A DNA stretch of 64,000 nt from an uncultured Alphaproteobacteria bacterium (GCA_910584385.1 CAJUAK010000006.1:41546-105545); one strand, 5' to 3'. Counted from the stretch's first letter, positions 18,579 to 29,197 are shown. Translations and numbers: made by a program. The notes: generated from the sequence alone by a model not told the origin.

Positions 18579-19626
18579 AAATTATTTCCTGAGATAATTC
18601 ATCTAAATCAATTTTTTCCACTTCGCTGCGGATGCTGTTTACAAAATTCTGACGAACCAAACGCGCAGCATTATTTACGGCAACCGAATAGCCCAAAGCA
18701 TCCGTTCCGCCGTGGCTTTTAACCGACAAGCCGTTTAATCCGACAAACATCGCCCCGTTATAAAGCCTCGGATCCATTGTTTTTTTAACACGCAGCAGGA
18801 CACCCAGCATAAAAGGCATGCCAAGCTTGGCCAAGAAAGATTTTTTTACGGCATCTTTCAGCATGCGGACAACGAGCTTTGCCGTGCCTTCAATGGATTT
18901 TAATGCGATGTTTCCGGTAAAGCCGTCAGAAACGATAACGTCAGCTTTTCCTTCGGCAATTTCATGAGGCTCAATATAGCCGATGAAATTCATATTCATT
19001 TTGGAATTGCGAATCATCTGAGCGGCCTGGCGAATCTCTTCGCGGCCTTTCATTTCCTCAGCGCCGATATTTAACAAGGCAACCCTCGGCTTTTCCAGAT
19101 TCAGCGCATGGCGCGCCAGAATCTCGCCCATCAAGGCAAATTCTGCCAAATTAAGAGAATCGCATTCCGTGTTTGCCCCCAAATCCAGCATAACATATTT
19201 ACCGTTGCGATGCGGCATAATGCTTACAATCGCCGGACGGTGGATTTTCTGAATAGTTTTTAAAACCAGTTTGGATATCGCCATTAAAGCGCCGGTGTTT
19301 CCCGCAGAAACAACAGCCTGGGCTTCTCCTTTGCGAACCGCGTCTATCGCCATATACATGCTGGTGTTGCGGTTTCTAATAACATGGGAAGGCTTGTCTT
19401 CGTTAGAAACGACTTCCGGAGAATTGCGCACTTCACAAACTTTGGAAAGTTCCGGATATTCTTTAAGAATAGAGTTGACTCTGTTTTCATCGCCAAAAAG
19501 CAAAAATCTGATATCAGGATTTTTCTTGGCCGCCAAAACGAGCCCCTCAATAACGACTCTGGGGGAATTATCTCCCCCCATCGCGTCTATAGATATGACC
19601 AGATTATCTGACAAAACCTGCTCCAT
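18565..19626 (-). CDS. plsX: phosphate acyltransferase PlsX
   Basis: 353 aa with the PlsX N-terminus (ISIDAMGGDNSP). Overlaps fabH by 14 nt. Confidence 0.9.
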   Translation of the reverse strand: MEQVLSDNLVISIDAMGGDNSPRVVIEGLVLAAKKNPDIRFLLFGDENRVNSILKEYPELSKVCEVRNSPEVVSNEDKPSHVIRNRNTSMYMAIDAVRKGEAQAVVSAGNTGALMAISKLVLKTIQKIHRPAIVSIMPHRNGKYVMLDLGANTECDSLNLAEFALMGEILARHALNLEKPRVALLNIGAEEMKGREEIRQAAQMIRNSKMNMNFIGYIEPHEIAEGKADVIVSDGFTGNIALKSIEGTAKLVVRMLKDAVKKSFLAKLGMPFMLGVLLRVKKTMDPRLYNGAMFVGLNGLSVKSHGGTDALGYSVAVNNAARLVRQNFVNSIRSEVEKIDLDELSQEIIYDSY

Positions 19627-19645
19627 ATAATGTACTGTTTATAAT

Positions 19646-19834
19646 TTATTCAGCTGTTGTTTTTTTAGCAACAACTTCACGCTTGTCATATTGTCCGCAA
19701 GACGGGCATACATTATGCGGTCTTTTCAATTCACCGCAATTCGGGCATTCATGATAGGCATTGGGCTGCAATGCATCATGAGAGCGGCGCATGTTGCGGC
19801 GGGACATAGAAGTTTTCTTTTTAGGTGTAGCCAT
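19646..19834 (-). CDS. rpmF: 50S ribosomal protein L32
   Basis: 62 aa. Begins [19 protein letters not shown] and carries a CxxC...CxxC zinc ribbon. Confidence 0.9.
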   Translation of the reverse strand: MATPKKKTSMSRRNMRRSHDALQPNAYHECPNCGELKRPHNVCPSCGQYDKREVVAKKTTAE

Positions 19835-19995
19835 TTTCTTATACTCTTTATAAAATTAATTACACATCATATTATTGTCGGGTTACCCGCATTAATAAAC
19901 CATTTAGTTTTTAAAATCAATAACTAAATTGCAGTTCCGAGGTTTCTGCTGTGCTTTTACTCAAAATTATCAATAAAAGCAAGTGTTTTTTGTTT

Positions 19996-20520
19996 TTATT
20001 TTGCAATTTTTTGCAAAACGGAAAAAGGATTTTGCGCTTTGGTCGTCTCTTCATCAAATTCAGAAACAAATTCAAAGACTTCTCCTTCTTGGCGCGGATT
20101 GTAATCCATAACCAAAGCCAATTGTTCAATAACGACATCTGCCAAATCCAATACGCCTCCTTTAACCGGTTCCGGAGCGTCCTCGCGCCAGTCTAATTCG
20201 ACTTCTCTGCCTTCAGAAACCTTTTCGTTCTCCTGCGTTGTGTATGTTTCTGAAAAGTCGCTTTGGTAGCTTTTGTCAAACTTCTCAAGCGATATAACGC
20301 TCATCTGCGCCATTTCCGCCTCCACATGTCCGGAAACATCGGCTATTCCCGATTTTTTATTATATTGCAGCCTTATTTCGGCCTTTAAGGAATGGACATC
20401 TTCAACTTGCAGGATTTCTGCAACTTCTTTGCATTGTTCCTTGTTGGCGTTAATCTTGTATTTTTTCTCTGTAGCGCTTAAATCATCCAGATGTATGGGA
20501 TAAGTAAAAAGATTTTGCAT
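19996..20520 (-). CDS. yceD: YceD/DUF177 family protein (large-subunit biogenesis)
   Basis: 174 aa, acidic, in the conserved yceD-rpmF-plsX-fabH arrangement. Confidence 0.8.
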   Translation of the reverse strand: MQNLFTYPIHLDDLSATEKKYKINANKEQCKEVAEILQVEDVHSLKAEIRLQYNKKSGIADVSGHVEAEMAQMSVISLEKFDKSYQSDFSETYTTQENEKVSEGREVELDWREDAPEPVKGGVLDLADVVIEQLALVMDYNPRQEGEVFEFVSEFDEETTKAQNPFSVLQKIAK

Positions 20521-20584
20521 AAATTTTTTCTCTGTGTTATAAGGTTAAAAAAATTAAGTCAGATATAAACGCAAGGATACCGAG

Positions 20585-21049
20585 ATGTCAATAAACAAAT
20601 TTTCTTTAGTTTTAGGCGCCGCTTTGTTTTTAACAACTGCTTGCAGCAGCGATACATTCATCAGCCATAACGGAAACATGCCCTCAGATGAAAGAATCTC
20701 CGCTGTCCGCCCCGGGGCAACCCAGAATGAAGTATTATCCCTTTTAGGCGCGCCGTCTTCTGTGGTATCTTTAGATAAAAACACTTGGATTTATATGTCT
20801 TATGACGTAAAAAAAGTTGCTTTTTTTAAACCCGAAGAAGTCAACAGGGATGTGTTAAAAATTACCTTTAACGACCAAGGGAAAGTTATTTCGGTTAACC
20901 GTTTGGATAAGGAAAACGGCGAAGAAGTCGTTATTTGCGAGGATAAGACCGAAACGCTCGGACAAGAACCCGGACTTTTGCAAAAAACATTCGGCACGCT
21001 TGGAACATACAGCCCGTTTATGAGTGGCCCCGGAGGTTCTAACCTTTAA
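20585..21049 (+). CDS. bamE: outer-membrane protein assembly factor BamE (SmpA/OmlA lipoprotein)
   Basis: 154 aa with the lipobox LTTAC and the BamE motif QNEVLSLLGAPS. Confidence 0.75.
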   Translation: MSINKFSLVLGAALFLTTACSSDTFISHNGNMPSDERISAVRPGATQNEVLSLLGAPSSVVSLDKNTWIYMSYDVKKVAFFKPEEVNRDVLKITFNDQGKVISVNRLDKENGEEVVICEDKTETLGQEPGLLQKTFGTLGTYSPFMSGPGGSNL

Positions 21050-21096
21050 TTTTTGCAAAGGCAAATTATATTCCTTCTAACAAGGAGGAATATAAA

Positions 21097-21759
21097 GTGT
21101 TTGAGCGTCATAATTTTTCATTTAAGATTTCTTCAATCTGGGATTTTTTAACCAGCAAGACCGGCGCGTTTATCATCGGCGTGTCGGCAATTGCCATTGG
21201 CAGCTATCAGTTTTATATTAATAAGCCGATTATGGAATATCAGGCGGAAACTGTTAATTTTATATCATCGGAAAATGACAATGATTATAAAGTCAGCGTC
21301 CATGGCAAAGAGGTTAAAGACCTCTATCAAACCCAAATTACGCTTACGAACAAGGGCGAACAGGCTTTATCCGGCAGAGATGTCTCCAAAATCGGGCATG
21401 ATCCGTTCCGGATTGTTATTCCCGATGAGGCAAAACTCGTTCATTACACCATTGACAACCGGCTTACGTCAGAATCGATTACGCCAAGCCTTATTAAAAA
21501 TGACGAAGGCATCGTCTTGACTTTTGACTTTATTAATCCCGACAATCAGATTGTTGTAAACCTGCTGCATGAAACAGCCGAACCGAATTTTGAAATGAAA
21601 GGCAGCGCGCTAAACGTCAATTCCATTCAAAAGGCCTGGGATGAAAAAGAAATCCGCTTCTGGGGCTTAAGCAGCCTTGGCGTTTTATATGTCATTTTGC
21701 TGATTGTTTACATATACCGCCATACAATCGTCAGAAAAAGAAGAAAAAAGCTTGATTAA
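21097..21759 (+). CDS. hypothetical bitopic membrane protein (TM helices at both termini, basic C-terminal tail)
   Basis: 220-aa ORF. No family recognised. Confidence 0.45.
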   Translation: MFERHNFSFKISSIWDFLTSKTGAFIIGVSAIAIGSYQFYINKPIMEYQAETVNFISSENDNDYKVSVHGKEVKDLYQTQITLTNKGEQALSGRDVSKIGHDPFRIVIPDEAKLVHYTIDNRLTSESITPSLIKNDEGIVLTFDFINPDNQIVVNLLHETAEPNFEMKGSALNVNSIQKAWDEKEIRFWGLSSLGVLYVILLIVYIYRHTIVRKRRKKLD

Positions 21760-21814
21760 AACAAAACCGCGTGCAATAGTAAAAGCAGTTTATTAATCAT
21801 TAAAACATTATTTT

Positions 21815-22288
21815 ATGAACGGAATTATTTTTTGCTTAGAAGAACTTCATTATGGAGGTATTGTCAAAGGCATAGTGTCCAGCAATTATGTCAGCCGTGT
21901 TGACCTTGACAAATTGTATGAGCGCACTTTGAAAAAAATTGCCGAGACCTACCAGCCCTTTATTGGACAAGACGCGAGCTCTTATTCCTGCATCGACCCG
22001 AATGTCTCGTGCTTGCCTGCCCTTTTCAAGGCTTATTGCCCTGATAAAAGTTTTTCAAACTATGCGGCAAATGCCGAACGCGGCGAACTGGTTTACGAAC
22101 GCTACGCGGCCATCCTCGAACAGATGGAAAAGCTTTTTGCCCAAAAGGCCGCCTTGCGCAAAAAAGGCTTCTTCCGAACTTTCAAAAAAAGGCTGAAGAT
22201 TAACTATCAAATCAGGGTCTTGTGGAGTACGGAATATCGTTTAATCGATGTGCTTGACCTTAATATGTATTTGCAAAAGAAGACTTAA
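21815..22288 (+). CDS. hypothetical protein
   Basis: 157-aa ORF followed directly by a strong terminator. No family recognised. Confidence 0.45.
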   Translation: MNGIIFCLEELHYGGIVKGIVSSNYVSRVDLDKLYERTLKKIAETYQPFIGQDASSYSCIDPNVSCLPALFKAYCPDKSFSNYAANAERGELVYERYAAILEQMEKLFAQKAALRKKGFFRTFKKRLKINYQIRVLWSTEYRLIDVLDLNMYLQKKT

Positions 22289-22324
22289 AACATAGCGGAA
22301 TCTTTTGATTCCGCTATGTTTTTA
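22287..22324. terminator. bidirectional rho-independent terminator
   Basis: ACATAGCGGAATC-TTTT-GATTCCGCTATGT hairpin flanked by A and T runs, between convergent genes. Confidence 0.65.
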
Positions 22325-22990
22325 TATCATAACTTCCGGCTCCAGCCCTTTCTCCCTTAAAATTTGGAGCATTTCCGCCAGATAAATCTTTTCGCTGTAG
22401 TGAATCTGCCCGTCAGACAAACAAATTTTTACGCTTTCATTGGCAAGCTTTGTCGCTTCTTCCGGCGTTTTGCGTTCCAGGAGGTTAAGCGCTGCATAAA
22501 ATTCTTCTACGCTCGGATTTATGCTATTTAAAAAACTTTGCATATATTGGCGGCTTAAATTTGCGGTTCTTGGCTCGCAGCTTTGGATATAATTGCAGAT
22601 GGCTTGCATTTTTATATTGCCGAATTCGGCATATCTCCTGGCAAAGAAAACCAAAATCGTAATATCCATGCCGATTTTTTCCATCAGCTTATTATCTTGC
22701 AGCGGACGGTTATATTTATCGTTTTCCAGACTCTCCTTATCGACATAAAAGTAATCTTCCAGAAAGCTTTCCACATTGCTGTAAAATTTTTCCGTATTTA
22801 AATCCAGAATATCTTTGATAAACGCGCCGTCTATCACAATAGACTTTTTAGTCCGGTAAAAATAAAGGTTAAACAAATCATTGGCATCATTGCGCCAGAC
22901 GTTTTTAACAGCCAAATTCTCTTCTACGATTTTATTGTGGTCTATCAAATGCACCAAGAGGTTATAAAATTTCAGATTAGAGGCCATCAA
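22322..22990 (-). CDS. hypothetical protein co-transcribed with mfd; C-terminal region is TerB-like
   Basis: 222 aa. Its start overlaps the mfd stop (ATGA). The C-terminus reads VKICLSDGQIHYSEKIYLAEMLQIL, which is reminiscent of the TerB fold. This is a low-confidence call. Confidence 0.5.
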   Translation of the reverse strand: MMASNLKFYNLLVHLIDHNKIVEENLAVKNVWRNDANDLFNLYFYRTKKSIVIDGAFIKDILDLNTEKFYSNVESFLEDYFYVDKESLENDKYNRPLQDNKLMEKIGMDITILVFFARRYAEFGNIKMQAICNYIQSCEPRTANLSRQYMQSFLNSINPSVEEFYAALNLLERKTPEEATKLANESVKICLSDGQIHYSEKIYLAEMLQILREKGLEPEVMI

Positions 22991-25900
22991 TCATCTTTCA
23001 AAAGCTGCAAAAGTTTTTTTACATAATTTTTTATAGTTTCCACACGCTGGGCGTAAGAGTCAAGATTTTTTTCTATAAACAGTTTTTGGTCGGGACGAAC
23101 CTTTACAATTCCAAATTGTGCAGCGATGAAATCGATAAGCTTCTCCGGCCGGGCAAAAACATTATTATGAAACATTATTAATATGCCTTTGGCACCGGCA
23201 TCGATTTTCTCAATATTTGCGGCGCGGCACATAATTTTTATTTCAACGGTTTTGAGGAGGTTGTCAACTTCTTCGGGAAGCTTTCCGAAACGGTCGGTTA
23301 ATTCCTCTCGCATATCTGCGACTTGTTCCTGGCTTTGCAGTTCGCCAATACGCTTATAAAGCCCCAAACGCACGCCAAGGTCGCGGACATAGGTTTCAGG
23401 AATCATAATCGGAATTCCTGTCGTAATCTGCGGCGCCCAATCCTGCCCTGCCTGTTCCGTTCCTTTCTCATAATCTCCGGCTTTCAGCCGCATGATTTCT
23501 TCTTCAAGCATATGCTGATAAAGAGAAATGCCGACTTCTTTAATATGTCCGGATTGCTCCTCGCCCAAAATATTTCCGGAACCGCGGATATCCATATCAT
23601 GGCTGGCCAGAGAAAAACCTGCGCCAAGGCTGTCCAGCGCCTGCAAAATATTCAAACGGCGCTCAGCAACCGGATTTAGTTTTTTCCTCTGGGGAACAGT
23701 GAAATAACAATAGCCCCTGATTTTAGAACGCCCGACACGCCCTTTGAGCTGATAGAGCTGCGCCAAGCCGAACATGTCCGAACGGTAAACAATCATCGTG
23801 TTCACGCTTGGCATATCAATGCCGGATTCAATAATCGTGGTCGACAGCAAAACATCCGCTTTACCGTCTGCAAAATCATTCATGACATCTTCCAGCTGTT
23901 TAACAGGCATCTGTCCATGCGCGACAACAATTTTAACATCCGGCGCCAAAGATTTTAATTCCTTTTCCACCCCTGCCAAATCCGACACGCGCGGACAGAC
24001 AAAGAAAGTTTGTCCGCCACGGTATTTTTCGCGGTAGAGCGCTTCTTTAACCATGACTTTGTCAAAAGGCATAACAAAGGTTCTGGCGGCGAGCCTGTCT
24101 ACCGGCGGCGTTGCAATAATGCTCAATTGCTTCACGCCGGTCAAAGAAAGCTGCAGCGTTCTGGGAATGGGAGTCGCCGTCATTGTCAGGACATGGACAT
24201 CAGATTTGAAGTTCTTTAACTTTTCTTTATGCGCAACGCCGAAATGCTGCTCCTCGTCAATAATAAGCAGCCCCAGATTGCAAAATTTTATATCTTGTGC
24301 CAAAAGTGCATGCGTGCCGATTACGATTTCAACAGAGCCGTCCGCCAAACCGGCTTTGGTTTCCCTTGCCTCTTTGGGCGTTACCAATCTCGAAAGCATT
24401 TTTACCCTAACAGGGAAGCCTTTCATCCTTTCGCAAAAATTATGGTAATGCTGCCGTGCCAAAAGTGTTGTGGGCACAATCAAAGCCACTTGCGCACCGG
24501 ATGACGCCACGGCAAAAGCGGCTCTTAAGGCAACTTCCGTTTTGCCAAAGCCGACATCGCCGCAAACAAGCCTGTCCATTGGAACTGATGTATTCAAATC
24601 GCACAAAACATCATGAATTGCATTGAGCTGGTCATCTGTTTCCGCAAAGGGGAAGCGCGAACAAAACTCATCATAAAGCCCTTGCGGCGGCATAAAACTG
24701 TCTGCCTTTTTAAGCTGGCGCTCCGCGGCAATATGTATCAGTTTTTCCGCAATGTCGCGAATTTTTGCCTTAACCTTCGCTTTTTTAGCCTGCCAGGCCG
24801 TGCCGCCAAGCGTGTCAAGCTGGATATTTTCATCTTCTATGCCATAGCGGGAAATAACATCAATATTTTCAACAGGCACAAAAAGCTTCGCATCATTGGC
24901 GTATAAAATCTTAAGGCAATCATGCGGCGCACCGCCCGCCGTAATGTTCTCCAACCCTTGAAAACGCCCAATGCCATGTTCAATATGAACAACAAGCTCT
25001 CCGACATTTAAGGCGGAAACATCGGCAATCATGTCTTTGGCCGTTACCTTTCTGGCCTTGCGGTTTTGGCGCTCGCCCAAAATATCCTGTTCGGAAATCA
25101 GGCACCATCCCTGCCCTCTGAAACCATGTGCCAAAGGCATAACCGCCATAACTGTTTTGGATGCGGACTTTGTTAAAGCTTCATCCCAATTTTCGGCAAA
25201 TGAAACATTTTTTATGCCATATTCGCCCATCAGCGTAAACAACCGTTCACGAGAGCCTTCAGAATAGCAAGCGATTATCCTCTTTAATCTTTTATATTCT
25301 TGCAGATAATCTTTAAGTTCTGCATAAACTTCGCCGGGATTAACATGCTTTGCCGCAGAAAAATTCCGCCCCGGGGTAATTTCAGCAGTTAAAACGCCCG
25401 TTGTCTCAGGCATGCTTAATTTTGTAAAGCGGACAGCCCCGCGCTTGTCGCATATTTTCTTAAACTCAGCCTGATTATAATAAAGCAGCTCGGGTTTTAC
25501 CGGACGGTATTCCTCAACCTCCGCAGCCGATTTTACGCTCAGAGCCTCAAGGCGCGCCTGATAATAGTCAATAATGCTTTCTTCTTTTGCCGCCACGGCA
25601 TCGTCAACATCCGAGCCCAAGACAAGTGCCGCTCCCGGGAGGTAATCAAATATTCCGGGCAGAGAATCTGCATAGAAAAACGGCAGCCAATTTTCAAGCC
25701 CCAGATATTTCTTTCCGGAACTTACCGCCTCATAAATCTCGTCTTTTACGGCTTCCGCCCCGAAAGCCTCCCGATATTTAGACCGGAAAGTCCGGATTGT
25801 GTTATCGTCTAAAACAACTTCATCCATAACCTCAAAAGTATAAGATTTCAGTTCGCCGGTCGTGCGCTGGGTCATCGCATCAAATTTACGGATGCGCTCT

Positions 25901-26463
25901 ACTTCTTCATCAAACAAATCTATGCGCAACGGCTCTTCGGTTCCAACCGGATAAATATCCAGAATATCGCCGCGCACGGCATATTCTCCGGGTTCCATAA
26001 CCTGTTCAACCCGCGTATAGCCGTTGACAGAAGCATAATGTAAAAAATCTTTAAAATTCAACACGCCGCCAACTTTAACTTCGCGCAAAGCATTAATAAA
26101 TATCTTTGCAGGCGGGAGCTTTTGCAATACGGCAGAAACTGAAGTCAGAATAATCCGCGGCTTTTTAGCGGACGGATTTTTGCATAGTTCGGAAAGCGTA
26201 TTAATCCGCTGGGACAGAATGTGAATGTTCGGAGAAACCCGGTCATAAGGAACCGTATCCCAAGCGGGAAATTTTAAAACTTCAACTTTGGGAGCAATAA
26301 ATTGCAACAAGCCGGCAATGTGTTCCATTTCTTTTCCGCCGCCGGCAACAAAAAGAATATCCCGGTTGTTTTTTTCTGCCAGGCTTGCAAGCAAAAAAGC
26401 ATCGTATCCTTCCGGAACCGATGATATTATTTTTCCTGAAATCTCATTAAAATTATTCTGCAT
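22987..26463 (-). CDS. mfd: transcription-repair coupling factor
   Basis: 1158 aa with a UvrB-homology N-terminus, an RNAP-interaction domain and a superfamily-2 helicase core (GDVGFGKTEVA, DEEQHFGV). Confidence 0.95.
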   Translation of the reverse strand: MQNNFNEISGKIISSVPEGYDAFLLASLAEKNNRDILFVAGGGKEMEHIAGLLQFIAPKVEVLKFPAWDTVPYDRVSPNIHILSQRINTLSELCKNPSAKKPRIILTSVSAVLQKLPPAKIFINALREVKVGGVLNFKDFLHYASVNGYTRVEQVMEPGEYAVRGDILDIYPVGTEEPLRIDLFDEEVERIRKFDAMTQRTTGELKSYTFEVMDEVVLDDNTIRTFRSKYREAFGAEAVKDEIYEAVSSGKKYLGLENWLPFFYADSLPGIFDYLPGAALVLGSDVDDAVAAKEESIIDYYQARLEALSVKSAAEVEEYRPVKPELLYYNQAEFKKICDKRGAVRFTKLSMPETTGVLTAEITPGRNFSAAKHVNPGEVYAELKDYLQEYKRLKRIIACYSEGSRERLFTLMGEYGIKNVSFAENWDEALTKSASKTVMAVMPLAHGFRGQGWCLISEQDILGERQNRKARKVTAKDMIADVSALNVGELVVHIEHGIGRFQGLENITAGGAPHDCLKILYANDAKLFVPVENIDVISRYGIEDENIQLDTLGGTAWQAKKAKVKAKIRDIAEKLIHIAAERQLKKADSFMPPQGLYDEFCSRFPFAETDDQLNAIHDVLCDLNTSVPMDRLVCGDVGFGKTEVALRAAFAVASSGAQVALIVPTTLLARQHYHNFCERMKGFPVRVKMLSRLVTPKEARETKAGLADGSVEIVIGTHALLAQDIKFCNLGLLIIDEEQHFGVAHKEKLKNFKSDVHVLTMTATPIPRTLQLSLTGVKQLSIIATPPVDRLAARTFVMPFDKVMVKEALYREKYRGGQTFFVCPRVSDLAGVEKELKSLAPDVKIVVAHGQMPVKQLEDVMNDFADGKADVLLSTTIIESGIDMPSVNTMIVYRSDMFGLAQLYQLKGRVGRSKIRGYCYFTVPQRKKLNPVAERRLNILQALDSLGAGFSLASHDMDIRGSGNILGEEQSGHIKEVGISLYQHMLEEEIMRLKAGDYEKGTEQAGQDWAPQITTGIPIMIPETYVRDLGVRLGLYKRIGELQSQEQVADMREELTDRFGKLPEEVDNLLKTVEIKIMCRAANIEKIDAGAKGILIMFHNNVFARPEKLIDFIAAQFGIVKVRPDQKLFIEKNLDSYAQRVETIKNYVKKLLQLLKDD

Positions 26464-26548
26464 GGTGCTATCTGTTATTTACATCTTGAGTTTGTTTATA
26501 TACAATAAGCTTAGTTTTATCAATATAAATTTATGAGAAAAGGCACCT

Positions 26549-28633
26549 TTGATGCGCCCGGAAATCCTTTTTCCATATTTTGCAAATATTTCCCAACTGG
26601 CCGGCGTGGGCGAACGCACGCACAAGCTTTTGCAAAATCTGCTCCGCGGAGATAAAATTGCAGATTTGCTCTGGCATTTTCCCAGCGGAATGGTTAACCG
26701 CAATTACAGCCCCAAGCTGATTAATGCCATTCCGGGAAACATTTGCACCCTTACCGTCCGGATTGTTGAGCACATCGCCCCTGTTAAAAAATCGCAGCCA
26801 TATAAAATTATTGCTGAGGATGAAACCGCGCAGATTATGCTGGTTTTCTTCAAAGCCTATCCCGAAACGCTTAAGCGGAACCTGCCCGCCGGCGCAACCC
26901 GCATTATCAGCGGCAAGATTGAAAAATTTAACAACCTTTTGCAAATGAGCCACCCTGATTATATCTTAAGGCCAGAAGATGCCGATAAAATGCCTAAAAT
27001 TGAAACGGTTTATCCGCTCACGGCAGGCATTACCAACAAGATGCTGAACAAATGCCTGCAGCAAGCCCTGCCCAAACTGCCTCAGCTTCCGGAATGGCTT
27101 GATGCAAATTTTTTAAAACAGCAACAATATCCGCCTTTTAACCAGGCTTTGGCCAAGATACACCAACCGCGCTATGAGTCAGATTTGCAGCCCTATAGCA
27201 AAGAACGCTGCCGGCTGGCTTATGATGAACTGCTCGCAAACCAGCTTTCTTTGGGAATTGCCCGGGAAAAATTAAAAAAACAATGCGGACGGGAAATCAA
27301 GGGCAACGGCATTTTGCGCAAAAAAACTTTAGATGCTCTTCCGTTTAAGCTTACGAGCGCCCAGGAAAATGTCTTGAAAGAAATCTTTGCAGACCAAGCC
27401 TCCCCCAACCGTATGCTGCGGCTATTGCAGGGCGATGTGGGAAGCGGCAAAACGATTGTTGCCTTTTTGACAATGCTTAACGCAATCGAATGCGGCACCC
27501 AAGCCGCCATTATGGCGCCAACGGAAATTCTTGCCAAACAGCATTTGGAAACTATTTTTCCCCTATGCGAAAGCCTTGGCCTGCGCGCAGAACTTTTGAC
27601 AGGAAAGGTCAAAGGCGTTAAAAGGAAAAAAATCTTAGAAGAACTGGCGGCAGGGCAAATCAATATCCTTATCGGCACGCATGCCCTTTTTGTCGAAGAT
27701 GTCGAATTTGCAGACCTGGCCTGCGTTGTCATTGACGAACAGCACCGTTTCGGCGTACACCAGAGGCTCAGCCTTTCACAAAAAGGCAAAGCGGCAGATA
27801 TTCTGGTTATGACCGCCACACCCATCCCCCGAACCTTGCTGCTGACATCTTACGGCGATATGGAATATTCAAAAATCGATCAGGTGCCGGAGGGAAGAAA
27901 ACCTGTTAATACGCTGGTTATGCCATTGGCGAAAATTTCAGAAGTCGCCGCGGCCTTGCAACGCAAAATTCAGGAAGGCGTCCGCGGTTACTGGGTTTGC
28001 CCGCTTGTAGAAGAATCTGAAAAAATAGACCTGGCCGCCGCGGAAGAACGTTTTGCCGCTCTGCAAAAAATATTTGGCAAGGATGTCGGGCTTATTCACG
28101 GCAAAATGAAAGAGAAAGAAAAAGACGCGGTTATGGAAGATTTCAAGACGGGAAAAATTAAACTTCTGGTCGCGACAACGGTTATTGAAGTCGGAGTTAA
28201 CGTCCCCGAAGCAACAATTATGATTATCGAGCATGCGGAACGCTTCGGCCTGGCTCAGCTTCACCAGCTGCGCGGGCGGATTAAACGGGGTTTTCAGGCC
28301 TCTACCTGCATTTTGCTTTATAACTATCCGTTAAGCGAAAATTCACGGGCCCGGCTGGATATCATGAAACATAGCGAGGACGGTTTTGAAATTGCGGAAA
28401 AAGATTTGGAGCTCCGCGGCGGGGGTGAAATTCTCGGCACAAGGCAAAGCGGATTTTGCGAATTTCGCCTGGCGGATATGGAATATCATAAAAACCTGCT
28501 GCTTGCCGCCCACCGCGATGCCCAGCTTATTTTGAGCACGGATCCTGAACTTAAGACTGCCCGCGGACAAGCTTTGCGCATTTTGCTTTACCTTTTTGAA
28601 CGAGACCAGGCCATTCAGCGCCTGAAAGCATAA
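26549..28633 (+). CDS. recG: ATP-dependent DNA helicase RecG
   Basis: 694 aa with a wedge domain and an SF2 helicase core (GDVGSGKT, DEQHRFGV). Divergent from mfd. Confidence 0.95.
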   Translation: MMRPEILFPYFANISQLAGVGERTHKLLQNLLRGDKIADLLWHFPSGMVNRNYSPKLINAIPGNICTLTVRIVEHIAPVKKSQPYKIIAEDETAQIMLVFFKAYPETLKRNLPAGATRIISGKIEKFNNLLQMSHPDYILRPEDADKMPKIETVYPLTAGITNKMLNKCLQQALPKLPQLPEWLDANFLKQQQYPPFNQALAKIHQPRYESDLQPYSKERCRLAYDELLANQLSLGIAREKLKKQCGREIKGNGILRKKTLDALPFKLTSAQENVLKEIFADQASPNRMLRLLQGDVGSGKTIVAFLTMLNAIECGTQAAIMAPTEILAKQHLETIFPLCESLGLRAELLTGKVKGVKRKKILEELAAGQINILIGTHALFVEDVEFADLACVVIDEQHRFGVHQRLSLSQKGKAADILVMTATPIPRTLLLTSYGDMEYSKIDQVPEGRKPVNTLVMPLAKISEVAAALQRKIQEGVRGYWVCPLVEESEKIDLAAAEERFAALQKIFGKDVGLIHGKMKEKEKDAVMEDFKTGKIKLLVATTVIEVGVNVPEATIMIIEHAERFGLAQLHQLRGRIKRGFQASTCILLYNYPLSENSRARLDIMKHSEDGFEIAEKDLELRGGGEILGTRQSGFCEFRLADMEYHKNLLLAAHRDAQLILSTDPELKTARGQALRILLYLFERDQAIQRLKA

Positions 28634-28638
28634 AAAAA

Positions 28639-28665
28639 GCATTTGCCGCAATAAGCGGCAAATGC
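28639..28665 (-). terminator. rho-independent terminator for the minus-strand gene
   Basis: GCATTTGCCGC-AATAA-GCGGCAAATGC hairpin followed by a U7 run on the minus strand. Confidence 0.6.
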
Positions 28666-29040
28666 TCAGATACCGACAGCTTCAAACTGCAGTGCGAGAA
28701 CATGGCGGATTTTGATGACTGTGCAGCGGCAAAAGCCATCCATAATACATTCGCCTTCTTTCAGGGGAAGATATTCCATCTTGTCATCATAGGCAAAATG
28801 TTTGGAATGTTCCGGCATAAATACGCCCCAGCCTCCGCGAGAAATCCGGCAGGCCCATATCGGTCCGAATGCTGCTCCGCATGGCGTGTATGCGATGTAA
28901 GGGCGGGCATCTTCATGTTCTTGGGATTGAAGTTCGGGGATCCTTGCTTCCATAAGGGAAGTAATATCATCAGCCCGCTGGATTACCACCTTTTCTTCAA
29001 CCTGCACCTTAGATTTAGGGTAAAAAATAACTTTTTCCAT
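28666..29040 (-). CDS. hypothetical small Cys/Trp-containing protein
   Basis: 124-aa ORF with its own terminator. No family recognised. Confidence 0.45.
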   Translation of the reverse strand: MEKVIFYPKSKVQVEEKVVIQRADDITSLMEARIPELQSQEHEDARPYIAYTPCGAAFGPIWACRISRGGWGVFMPEHSKHFAYDDKMEYLPLKEGECIMDGFCRCTVIKIRHVLALQFEAVGI

Positions 29041-29197
29041 AAGTGGATTTTTTAATTAATAATATGTTTATTATAAGTTTGTGCGGTAATTCTAGTTTGG
29101 TTTTGCCAAATGTCAATAACAATCGTCCCGGGTATTTAAATTTTGCAAAATATGCATATATCATCCGCATCGTCCACAATGGTTTAAGGATTATCAG

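Noticed and set aside
19988-20012. Perfect palindrome TTTTGCAA-TTTT-TTGCAAAA at the 3' end of yceD.
   Set aside because: No U-run follows it on the coding (minus) strand. rpmF follows in the same operon, so a terminator is not expected here. It is probably a chance AT-rich palindrome.
28666-29040. Possible relationship between the 124-aa protein here and the 121-aa protein at 57885-58250. Both start with MEK, are of similar length and are Cys-containing.
   Set aside because: Alignment by eye gives only scattered identities, with no shared motif. They are treated as unrelated hypotheticals.
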